Assembly (NCBI GenBank): GCA_002709525.1
Contig: PARE01000027.1
Location: forward strand, 9,403-73,402
Reading direction: 5' to 3'
Length of the DNA: 64,000 nucleotides
Source of the DNA: Magnetovibrio sp.
GTDB taxonomy: Bacteria > Pseudomonadota > Alphaproteobacteria > Rhodospirillales > Casp-alpha2
Below the pieces are notes generated by a model that searched no databases, was not told the origin of the DNA, and saw only the letters and a list, made by a program, of their open reading frames with translations. Position numbers and translations under genes: made by a program. Below are positions 28,972 through 37,361 of this stretch, one piece after another (within the stretch, counting starts at the first letter, position 1; every line of letters begins with the position of its first letter).

Positions 28972-29931
28972 TTAGACCGCAGGCATACTGTTTCGGCTGA
29001 GCAAAGAGAGGGCTCCAAAAACCAACGCACGTGGATTCAGAGGGAAGACGAGCAAACTGTTGCCGAAATAGCGTCGCGCCTTGGAATGATCATGCGCCTG
29101 GGAGAATTGCCGCGCGGCACCATAAATGACCATCGAACGCCTTAGGCGATAGCGAACGCCATCAAACAGGTGTCGGGCCTTAAGGGATTGGTAATGCCTG
29201 TCAACAGCGTTCAACCCCGCCTGCATATGACGCACCGTGGCAGCACTGGCATTCGTCCCGTGTAGTCTGTAAATGGACAGATCCGCGTTGATGGACCGCA
29301 CACGCACCTTTGCGGCCATCAAACGCAGCCACAGATCGTAATCCTCGCACGTCACCAACTCGGGATCCTCGTTGAAGCCGTCCATTTCGATAAGCCGATC
29401 ACGGCGGACCATGACCGCCGTGGTCGAAAAACAATTACCTGAAAATAAGAGCCGCCGATAGGTCGTATCGGCAACGTCCAAGTGTGGCGATACGCGCAAT
29501 GTCACACCGTCACGAACCGTGCTTTCTCGATGACACAGCATGTCTGCGCCATCAGCAACAGCCAAACATTTCTCAAGCTTCTGAGGTGCCCAAAGGTCAT
29601 CGGAGTCCAGAAACGCCACCCATTCTCCACGACTTTCCTTAATCCCTTTGTTCCGCGACGCACCAATCACACCATAATTTCGAAAATCAATGAGCCGGAA
29701 TCGTGGGTCGTCATAGGCCTGCACTACTTCGCGCGTGTGATCTTCCGAAAAGTTATTGACGATGATAGCCTCCCAATCTGGTTCTGTTTGCGCCCGAACA
29801 CTCTCAAGTGCCAGCTGAAGAAGGTCCGCCTGATTATAGGTCGGGATCACAATGCTGACGTTAGGCACGGCCAAACTCGTCCCTGCAAAATACGAGCATG
29901 TTGTCGATCTCATCGCCAAGATCTGTGGCAA
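28972..29931 (-). CDS. GT2 glycosyltransferase
   Basis: VSIVIPTYNQADLL, EAIIVNNFSEDHT and FLDSDDLW (DxD). The likely true start is the GTG at 29868, which overlaps the upstream TAA (GTGCCTAA) and gives M-PNVSIVIPTYN. Confidence 0.8.
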   Translation of the reverse strand: MPQILAMRSTTCSYFAGTSLAVPNVSIVIPTYNQADLLQLALESVRAQTEPDWEAIIVNNFSEDHTREVVQAYDDPRFRLIDFRNYGVIGASRNKGIKESRGEWVAFLDSDDLWAPQKLEKCLAVADGADMLCHRESTVRDGVTLRVSPHLDVADTTYRRLLFSGNCFSTTAVMVRRDRLIEMDGFNEDPELVTCEDYDLWLRLMAAKVRVRSINADLSIYRLHGTNASAATVRHMQAGLNAVDRHYQSLKARHLFDGVRYRLRRSMVIYGAARQFSQAHDHSKARRYFGNSLLVFPLNPRALVFGALSLLSRNSMPAV

Positions 29932-30802
29932 TCTCGAAGCCGATGCGTCTCAGCCTCTCGGTATCAACACGAGGCCCTGGAGGCCTCTCTCCGTCATCTG
30001 GAGCATGGTCGATATCTGGGAGGACGCTGAAAAGGGCCTCCGCGCGTTCAGCAATCAGGCGTGCTAAATCCAATGTGCTCATTGAAAAGCCGGCAGCCAG
30101 GTTAAACCGTTTCGACTTAACAATCGAGGCCTCCCTGGTCATCATCATGTTGACGGCACGGACGACCTCCGAAACAGGGACGAAGTCGCGCCGATCATGA
30201 CCAGTACCCCGGAGTTTTAAAGCGCCCGTCTCTGCAAACTGCCGGCAAAGATCGTTAGCTATCAGCATCCAGCAATTCGCATTCCTATCCAGAGGTGCAC
30301 CCAAACCATTTGACAAGCGAAGCACCACGCCTTCTATGTCTTTTGCCCCGCAGACGAAATCTTCTGCGAGGTGATGCGTTTCTGCGTAAGGATGGCAATT
30401 GATTGTCGGCGAATCCTCTTGGTAAGCACCCTGTAAAGGCGCGTCGTAAACATGGACCGTTGACATGTAAAGAAGCCGACGCGCGCCCACGGATCGGGCG
30501 GCCTCCACAGTATTCCGGGTACCTCCAACATTCACACGCTCCGCGGCTGTGGGATCAGCGGCGCTTTCCTGTGCATTCATCGAAGCCAGGTGCACCACGG
30601 CGTCACTGCCCCGCAATCCGTCAATTAATGTTTGCCTGTCCTGAATATCGACAGCCCGAACATCCATTGCCACCGCCCAAGGCGGCATGTTCTCGGAATC
30701 CCGCGTCAACAGCCTGATCGAATGGCCCGCGCTAGCCAACCCCATCGCGAGCCGACCACCAAGCAACCCGCGCGCACCAGTGATCGAAACGTTCAACATC
30801 AT
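29861..30802 (-). CDS. extended SDR (NDP-sugar reductase/epimerase-like) with an atypical YxxxH catalytic motif
   Basis: ITGARGLLGGRL Rossmann motif. PYAETHHLAED sits where YxxxK (e.g. YGRTKLVAEK in 13972-14937) is expected. The ATG at 30802 forms an ATGA overlap with the upstream stop. Confidence 0.65.
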   Translation of the reverse strand: MMLNVSITGARGLLGGRLAMGLASAGHSIRLLTRDSENMPPWAVAMDVRAVDIQDRQTLIDGLRGSDAVVHLASMNAQESAADPTAAERVNVGGTRNTVEAARSVGARRLLYMSTVHVYDAPLQGAYQEDSPTINCHPYAETHHLAEDFVCGAKDIEGVVLRLSNGLGAPLDRNANCWMLIANDLCRQFAETGALKLRGTGHDRRDFVPVSEVVRAVNMMMTREASIVKSKRFNLAAGFSMSTLDLARLIAERAEALFSVLPDIDHAPDDGERPPGPRVDTERLRRIGFEIATDLGDEIDNMLVFCRDEFGRA

Positions 30803-31248
30803 CCGTGTTGGACTCTCCAATCATACCCGAAGGCCGGGTCGAGAGGGTCGCGGCGATCCACTTCATCCGAGTCATGAGGAATCGTGGCGCAGTTGGCAAC
30901 AATCGCCGTGAAGTCGCCAACACCCTTGAAGCCATTCCAAATACCAGGCGGTACAGTCACCAGAACATAGTTGTCGGGTCCAAGATAGATTTCCTGCAAC
31001 TGGCCCTTAGATGGGCTGTCTTTCCGGTCATCGAAGAGGACAAATTTAATTTTGCCGTGGGGAACAGCGTAGTTCAGTGTCATTTGGGTGTGAATATGCC
31101 AAGCTTTCACGACACCAGGGTGCACAGTCGCGAAGTAAATCTCTCCAAATTCCCGAAAGACGGGAGAGTCCCGGCGCAGCATATGCATTACCGATCCACG
31201 TTCATCGACAATCTGGCGCAGCGGCGTGATGACAACTCCCTCGATCAC
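30799..31248 (-). CDS. RmlC-like cupin, NDP-4-keto-6-deoxyhexose 3,5- (or 3- or 5-) epimerase
   Basis: 149 aa. ERGSVMHMLR, VKAWHIHTQMT and GKIKFVLFDDR resemble RmlC-type epimerase strands. Confidence 0.65.
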   Translation of the reverse strand: MIEGVVITPLRQIVDERGSVMHMLRRDSPVFREFGEIYFATVHPGVVKAWHIHTQMTLNYAVPHGKIKFVLFDDRKDSPSKGQLQEIYLGPDNYVLVTVPPGIWNGFKGVGDFTAIVANCATIPHDSDEVDRRDPLDPAFGYDWRVQHG

Positions 31249-32325
31249 CTATTCCTCCATAAATGCAGAGATTTGCATTTTACTGGTTTCTTTAGCGGTT
31301 GCGCCCCCAGCAAGCCGCTTATACCAGTCTACGGTCTCTGCGATGGCACGCTCGGACGACCACTTCGGCCGCCATCCCAATTCTAACTTGGCCTTATCTA
31401 TATTCACCTGGAGCAGTCGATGCTCAAACGGAGCATCCTCGTCGCGCTCATGAACGATCATGCCATTGCCCCAAATCTCGATCGCCCGCTCGGCGACTTG
31501 ATGCACAGTCAAGCCTTTATCTATTTCAGGGCCAAAATTCCAAGGCCCACTGTAGCGGTTTGGATCGCTCCACAATGTCGCACCTAATTGGAGATAGCCA
31601 TGAAGCGGATCCAAGACGTGTTGCCAGGGACGGGTCGCTTCGGGGTTACGCAAACGGATCGGTGTCCCATCACGGAGAGCCCGCATGCAATCGGGAATGA
31701 TGCGGTCACTGGCCCAATCGCCGCCGCCGATAACGTTTCCAGCTCGAGTGCTGGCGACACCCAAATTCGCGCGTTGTGCGAAATAGGAGTGCTGAAACGC
31801 CATAAATGCCAATTCCGCCGCTGCTTTCGAAGCACTGTAGGGGTCATGCCCGCCCAACTCGTCATTCTCCCGATAACCCCAAAGCCATTCCTTATTGCGG
31901 TAGGCCTTGTCGGAAGTGATGTAAACCAGGGCACGAACCGTATCACAACCTCGAACGGCTTCGAGAAGATTGACCGATCCACCAACATTGGTGTCAAAGG
32001 TTGTCTTCGGGTCGCCATAGGACCGTCGGACCAAAGCTTGCGCCGCCAGATGAAACACGAATTCGGGTTGGGTTTCCTGGATCACATCTTCAAGGTGACC
32101 GCGGTCGCGAATATCACCAATGCGATGATCAATGTCATTGGCCAAACCCAAGAGGTCATAGTGCGAATTGTGATATTCCGGAACCAACGCATACCCAGTA
32201 ACCTCCGCAGCCAGCTCCCGAAGCCACAAAGCAAGCCACGACCCCTTGAAACCCGTATGGCCGGTAAGCAGAACACGTTTACCCGCATAGATTTCCAACG
32301 TCTCGCTGCTCACCAGTTCCTCCAA
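31249..32325 (-). CDS. rfbG: CDP-glucose 4,6-dehydratase
   Basis: YAGKRVLLTGHTGFKGSWLALWL, ITSDKAY and YSASKAAAEL. Directly downstream of rfbF. Confidence 0.9.
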   Translation of the reverse strand: MEELVSSETLEIYAGKRVLLTGHTGFKGSWLALWLRELAAEVTGYALVPEYHNSHYDLLGLANDIDHRIGDIRDRGHLEDVIQETQPEFVFHLAAQALVRRSYGDPKTTFDTNVGGSVNLLEAVRGCDTVRALVYITSDKAYRNKEWLWGYRENDELGGHDPYSASKAAAELAFMAFQHSYFAQRANLGVASTRAGNVIGGGDWASDRIIPDCMRALRDGTPIRLRNPEATRPWQHVLDPLHGYLQLGATLWSDPNRYSGPWNFGPEIDKGLTVHQVAERAIEIWGNGMIVHERDEDAPFEHRLLQVNIDKAKLELGWRPKWSSERAIAETVDWYKRLAGGATAKETSKMQISAFMEE

Positions 32326-33092
32326 GGCGCTTCATTGCGATCCCACAAATCGTTCAACAACTTGTAATCACGATAAGTATCCATGCATTGCCAGAAACCG
32401 TCGTGCCGATAGAGCGCAAGTTGATTGTTGGCAACGATGGCTCGCATGGGCTCTTGTTCAAAAATCAGCTCCTCGTCATCGCTCAGATATTCAAAAAGCT
32501 GACGCCGACATACAAAGAACCCTCCAGAGATACGCCCGCCCGTGGCTTGCGGCTTCTCGTTAAATTCCGTCACTGCACCTGTGTAGTCAGCCTCAATCTC
32601 ACCAAATCGACCCGGTGGACGAACACCGGACACCGTCAATATTTTATCATGCGACCGATGAAAACTGATCAATGCCGAGATATCAATGTCACTAACTCCG
32701 TCGCCATAAGTCAGCATAAAATCCTCATCATTTCCGATATAATCACGCACCCGGCTGATGCGGCCACCGGTCATCGTCGGCTGGCCTGTATTTGCTAACG
32801 TAATTCGCCATCCTGACTCGTCATGATTACAGTGGTGCTCAATTTCTCGTTGGGGACCGAGCGTCACCGTTACGTCGTTCGCAGAGGTCTCGTAATTCAA
32901 AAAAAAATCTTTGATCAGGTGACCGAGATATCCGAGACAAAGAACAAAGTCCGTATGCCCGTGAGCGGCGTAACCCCTCATTATGTGCCACAGGATGGGA
33001 CGGTCGCCGATCGGGAGCATCGGCTTCGGCAGGTTCTCTGAAACGTCGCGAATACGGGTTCCTTGTCCGCCACAAAGAATTACGGTTTTCAT
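32310..33092 (-). CDS. rfbF: glucose-1-phosphate cytidylyltransferase
   Basis: MKTVILCGGQGTRIRDVSENLPKPMLPIGDRPILWHIM, with C-terminal GFWQCMDTYRD..LN.LW. Confidence 0.92.
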   Translation of the reverse strand: MKTVILCGGQGTRIRDVSENLPKPMLPIGDRPILWHIMRGYAAHGHTDFVLCLGYLGHLIKDFFLNYETSANDVTVTLGPQREIEHHCNHDESGWRITLANTGQPTMTGGRISRVRDYIGNDEDFMLTYGDGVSDIDISALISFHRSHDKILTVSGVRPPGRFGEIEADYTGAVTEFNEKPQATGGRISGGFFVCRRQLFEYLSDDEELIFEQEPMRAIVANNQLALYRHDGFWQCMDTYRDYKLLNDLWDRNEAPWRNW

Positions 33093-33140
33093 CTCATGTT
33101 CCTACCCTGGTTTTCATAGCCTACACAGACGCCGCAATCT

Positions 33141-34109
33141 CTAACGCACCCCCAATTCCGGTACCGCGGCATCCTCAAGTCCATCAATAGCCGCAAGCCC
33201 CATAGCCACAATGGCTTCTTCAGCACTGCCGCCGATGTGCGGTAACGCGAGCATCCTCGGATGCCTGGCCAAGGCCAAATTCGATGGCGGTTCTTCGGCA
33301 AACACATCTAACGCCGCTCCAGCTAACCGACCATCATCCAAAGCGGCTTTCAATGCTTCCTCATCAACCAAGCCACCTCGGGCCATATTGAGAAGAAGAG
33401 CGTCTGGCTTCATCAGCGCAAGCATGTCCCCATCAAGGATATTTCGTGTGCTTTTATCAAGCGGCAAATGCAGCGAGACGATATCCGCCTCACGCATCAA
33501 GTTAGCCAAACCCACCGCTTCCACGCCCGACTGTGCGCAGAAATCGGCAAAATCCTCAATATCGTGGGCAAGGATATGACAATCAAAAGCACCTAACAAT
33601 CCGGACAGGTCCCTGCCCACATGACCGCACCCAACAATACCAACGGTCTTGCCCGTTAGTTGACGGCCCGTGATCTGTTGCCAATTGCCGCTTTGGACCT
33701 GCGCGTTCGCCGTTGGAACATGTCGCAGAAGCGCGATCATGCAAGCTATCGCCAATTCCGAGACAGCGCGCTTATTCACGCCCTTACGCCATCCTAAACG
33801 GATGTGGCGGGCATTCATGGCCGCTATATCGATCATGTCTATTCCAACGCCGAATTTGGACACAACCTCCAATTCAGGAAGAGCATCAAACACAGCCGCA
33901 TCCAACCGCTCTAGAGCCGTGATTGCGTGATCGTGACCTTTCAAAAATGCGATCAGCGCCGCTCCGAATAAGGTATGGCCGTCATCGTTAAAGGTAATTT
34001 TCGAATCGCTAAACCGGACCTGCAGCGCGGCGCGCAATTCAGAATTCCGGGAAAACGAGCGCGACGTGACCGCAATTCGTCGCGGCCGATCGTGATCAGC
34101 ATGGTTCAT
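33141..34109 (-). CDS. D-isomer-specific 2-hydroxyacid dehydrogenase (PGDH/GhrB-like)
   Basis: GKTVGIVGCGHVGRDL, LLNMARGGLVDEEAL and HIGGSAEEA. Confidence 0.8.
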   Translation of the reverse strand: MNHADHDRPRRIAVTSRSFSRNSELRAALQVRFSDSKITFNDDGHTLFGAALIAFLKGHDHAITALERLDAAVFDALPELEVVSKFGVGIDMIDIAAMNARHIRLGWRKGVNKRAVSELAIACMIALLRHVPTANAQVQSGNWQQITGRQLTGKTVGIVGCGHVGRDLSGLLGAFDCHILAHDIEDFADFCAQSGVEAVGLANLMREADIVSLHLPLDKSTRNILDGDMLALMKPDALLLNMARGGLVDEEALKAALDDGRLAGAALDVFAEEPPSNLALARHPRMLALPHIGGSAEEAIVAMGLAAIDGLEDAAVPELGVR

Positions 34110-34777
34110 AGCGCAATATTCTCCAACGCAGAAGGCACGTCAGTGAACTGACCAAGTATCCGATCAGCGCCCAAAGCCTCCATCGGAAGATGGCAGTATC
34201 CATAAGACATTAAGATCGTCCACACGCCGGCATCCTTTCCCGCCAGAACATCTGTTTCGCTGTCTCCAACAAAGGCAGCCTCGTCACACGATATATTCAT
34301 GCGCGCAAGCGTTTCGGTGACATGACGGCCGTCAGGTTTGCGGTGGCCTGTGTCGTCGGCCGTGACCACAACGGGAAACAAATCTGACAACCCCACAGCC
34401 TCCAAGGCTGGTAAGGTCGTTGCCCGCGGTTTATTCGTGCAAATGCCAAGCACGACACCTTGGTCATGCAATGCGCACAACGTCTCCTCCACGCCAGGGT
34501 AGGATTGTGTCTGATCTAAGGTCTCAGCCAGATAGGTTGGGATATACCGCTCAAGACACTGAGAAATTGATTGTTGATCGCCGTCAACGATTTGAAGGGC
34601 GCGCTCAAACATAACTTGTGCGCCTTCGCCGACACAACGCGTTATTTCGGGCGAACTCAGAGTCCGATACCCCAACGCCCCAAGAACCAGATTGACGGCC
34701 TTAGCAACGCTTGGGATGCTATCGATTAGCGTACCATCCAGATCGCAAACCAAAGCCCTCACGTTTGGGTTTGCCAA
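34106..34777 (-). CDS. HAD-IA hydrolase (phosphoglycolate-phosphatase-like sugar/acid phosphatase)
   Basis: LVCDLDGTLIDS (DxDxT), GICTNKP and VGDSETDVLAGKDAG. Confidence 0.8.
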   Translation of the reverse strand: MANPNVRALVCDLDGTLIDSIPSVAKAVNLVLGALGYRTLSSPEITRCVGEGAQVMFERALQIVDGDQQSISQCLERYIPTYLAETLDQTQSYPGVEETLCALHDQGVVLGICTNKPRATTLPALEAVGLSDLFPVVVTADDTGHRKPDGRHVTETLARMNISCDEAAFVGDSETDVLAGKDAGVWTILMSYGYCHLPMEALGADRILGQFTDVPSALENIAL

Positions 34778-35812
34778 TTAGAACGTACCTATCTTTTCGC
34801 GCCATTCGGGATCGGCATCATAAATCCGATAGACCAGCTCCATGGTCCGCAGGGCATCCTCGGATGAGCCGTTGCGGACGCTTTCATCGCTTACGATGCA
34901 ATCTGCAAACTCCGCGATCTCGTCGGCCCAAGACGGATCCTCGTGGTATTGCGTGGTATTTTCACGCGGCACACCCTGGGGGCCATCTTCCAGCCTCACG
35001 ACGGTTAGCGTCTCATTGCCGTAGCTCTTCGATCCGGACAGGATCCCACTCAGGATCAGCGCTCCTTTCTCCAGCGTCATTTCCATTCGAAACCGGTGCT
35101 GCCACTGCGTTGCCGAAGAATGTAGCATAGCGACCACTCGATTTTCCGATCGCATCAACGCATAGGCATTATCTTCGACATCAAAGTTCCAGAACTCATT
35201 CGACACGAAGCTGTGGACCGTGTGAAACTCGCCAGCGAATAGACGCATCAGGTCAGCCATATGGATCCCTTGATCCAACAATACTCCGCCGCCGGCAATC
35301 TCGCGTTTTGTTCGCCAATCGGATTGATCAAATGTGATCAGCTTCGATTTCCCATAGACGCCACGAAGATTGATCATTCGGCCCATCGCCCCAGCTTCCA
35401 CGAGTTCTAATGCATCACGAACCGACTCATGATAGCGGTGATTGAAGCCGTATTTCAGTTTCTGCCCCGGATGGTTTTTCTCGCACGCAATGACCCGACG
35501 AATATCGGAAACAGTCCGGCCAGGCGGTTTCTCACAGAATACGTGTAAGCCCCGCTCAAGACCAGCAATTGTGACTTCCGCTGCAACGTCGTTGGTTAGG
35601 CAAACAAATAATACGTCGATGTCGGTTTGCAAAAGATCTTTGTAGCTATGGAAATAACGCACACCGTCGTCAAAAACACCATCACCATCAACCGTTCTGT
35701 CGCAAACGGCGACGGTCTGAAGATTCGCAAAAGAGTCAATATGTTCGCGCCGGCGTTTGCCAACAACGCCATAGCCCGCGATGGCGACGCGGAGGGGGAC
35801 CTGCTTAGTCAT
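34778..35812 (-). CDS. Gfo/Idh/MocA-family NAD(P) oxidoreductase
   Basis: RVAIAGYGVVGKRR and the FCEKPPG (EKP) motif. Confidence 0.8.
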   Translation of the reverse strand: MTKQVPLRVAIAGYGVVGKRRREHIDSFANLQTVAVCDRTVDGDGVFDDGVRYFHSYKDLLQTDIDVLFVCLTNDVAAEVTIAGLERGLHVFCEKPPGRTVSDIRRVIACEKNHPGQKLKYGFNHRYHESVRDALELVEAGAMGRMINLRGVYGKSKLITFDQSDWRTKREIAGGGVLLDQGIHMADLMRLFAGEFHTVHSFVSNEFWNFDVEDNAYALMRSENRVVAMLHSSATQWQHRFRMEMTLEKGALILSGILSGSKSYGNETLTVVRLEDGPQGVPRENTTQYHEDPSWADEIAEFADCIVSDESVRNGSSEDALRTMELVYRIYDADPEWREKIGTF

Positions 35813-36573
35813 GGCCTCAAGTATTCGTTCGTGAGCGGGTCGGACCGCAGGATCACTTCCGCCGCCTGCAATTCCTCCGGGGTATCGACGCCGATAGTTG
35901 GACGCCCCGAGGTGACAATTTTTATAGCGTATCCGTGCTCCAGCGTCCGCAGCATATCAATTCCTTCAATGATCTCCAGTGGCGTCCGTTCAAGTTTCAA
36001 GAATATTGAAAGGAAGGTTTTTGAGAAACCGATAACACCGGTCTGCTGAAGCATATCCGAGATTGGTGTTCGCGCGCGCGATGGTATCGGCGCGCGGGAA
36101 AAGAATAAGGCTCGATCATCCAAAGCCCGGGCGACCTTAACGACGTTAGTGTCGTCTTGCATCGTCGGGTCCAAAATGGGTGAAGCAAGATTGACCACGG
36201 GTGCATCAGTATTAGAAAAGGCCGCCACTACGGGGTCTATCATGTCAGGCGCCACCAAGACCTCATCCCCTTGCACCATCAAAACCAAACCGTCGTCGGC
36301 CAAATCATCGCCAACCAATGTCACAGCTTCGGCTGTACGGTCAACAGCGCCAGGATGATCATCGCGGGTCATGACGACATTTGCGCCATGATTTTCACAG
36401 GCATCTCGGATTTCCGCATCGCAAGTAGCGATGACCGTATGGTCAAGGCTCGCTGTTGATACACAACGCATGTAAACATGAAGAACAAGTTCAAGGCCCA
36501 GAAGTTTCTCCAGCGGCTTGCCGGGAAAACGACTAGATCCCATCCGTGCCGGAATGACACATAGGTTCCTCAT
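35809..36573 (-). CDS. KdsB/KpsU-like CMP-3-deoxy-ulosonic acid cytidylyltransferase
   Basis: CVIPARMGSSRFPGKPL, VMTRDDHPGAVDRTAEA, MVQGDEVLV and NVVKVARALDDRALFFSRAPIP line up with E. coli KdsB motifs as I recall them (IIPARxxSTRLPGKPL, MTRADHQSGTERLAEV, VQGDEPMI, NAVKVV..YFSRATIP). Confidence 0.8.
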   Translation of the reverse strand: MRNLCVIPARMGSSRFPGKPLEKLLGLELVLHVYMRCVSTASLDHTVIATCDAEIRDACENHGANVVMTRDDHPGAVDRTAEAVTLVGDDLADDGLVLMVQGDEVLVAPDMIDPVVAAFSNTDAPVVNLASPILDPTMQDDTNVVKVARALDDRALFFSRAPIPSRARTPISDMLQQTGVIGFSKTFLSIFLKLERTPLEIIEGIDMLRTLEHGYAIKIVTSGRPTIGVDTPEELQAAEVILRSDPLTNEYLRP

Positions 36574-37361
36574 TACAAGCCCTCCAGTCCTGAGAGCGCT
36601 CGGCGCATGGCGATGATATCGGTCCCATAAGCGAGAAACCGATATCCTTCGCTGAGACGTTCGCGTAGCTCATCTATAACGGGAGCCACCTGATGAATGC
36701 CCGGCGCCTTTTCAGCAGCACGGCAGGCGTCCATTGTTGTGCTAAGTGCATTCTTGTAGGCTTCCATTGAAAAATCTCCCGGAGCACCCAGATCCGCTGA
36801 AAGATCGTAGGGCCCAATGAATAACGCATCTACCGCGTCGTGGGCGGCTATGGCGCCGGCCATGGCAACGCCACGGCATGTCTCGATCATAGGAACAATC
36901 AACGGTTGAAATGTTGTGCAATGGCTTTCAAAGGTGTCGCCCCATAGATTGCCCCGACCTAATCCTGTACCCCGGCAACCGCGCGGAGGGTAGAAACAGT
37001 GGCGCAGAAAGTCATCAAGCGCCGCGACATTCTCAACACACGGAATAATCAACCCCTGTACCCCACCGTCAAGCAACCGGCGCGCCAGATAGGGGTCGGC
37101 GCTCGGCATCCGTACCAACGGCGGACACCCGCGCCGTTCGGCAGCGGCAAAAATTGTCAGCGCGCTGACCTCATCGATAGGACCGTGCTCCATATCAATA
37201 ATCAGAGCGTTAAATCCGCAAGATGCCATTGCCTCGGCGATCAGAGGGGATGCGGAGGTCAGCCAAGCGGCAATAATCGGATTGCCGCGCTTCAATTCAG
37301 ATCTCAATTCGGATGACACTGTAAAACTCCCTGGATAATTTCTTGGCGCCATTGATCCCAC
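36573..37361 (-). CDS. HpcH/HpaI-family class II (pyruvate) aldolase
   Basis: IIAAWLTSASPLIAEAMASCGFNALIIDMEHGP and PLVRMPS. The likely start is the TTG at 37307, which overlaps the upstream TGA (TTGA). TAATG junction with the downstream cytidylyltransferase. Confidence 0.8.
   Translation of the reverse strand: MGSMAPRNYPGSFTVSSELRSELKRGNPIIAAWLTSASPLIAEAMASCGFNALIIDMEHGPIDEVSALTIFAAAERRGCPPLVRMPSADPYLARRLLDGGVQGLIIPCVENVAALDDFLRHCFYPPRGCRGTGLGRGNLWGDTFESHCTTFQPLIVPMIETCRGVAMAGAIAAHDAVDALFIGPYDLSADLGAPGDFSMEAYKNALSTTMDACRAAEKAPGIHQVAPVIDELRERLSEGYRFLAYGTDIIAMRRALSGLEGL

Noticed and set aside
31588-32367. 259-aa plus-strand ORF.
   Set aside because: It is antisense to rfbG, whose identity is unambiguous. 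I treat it as a shadow ORF.
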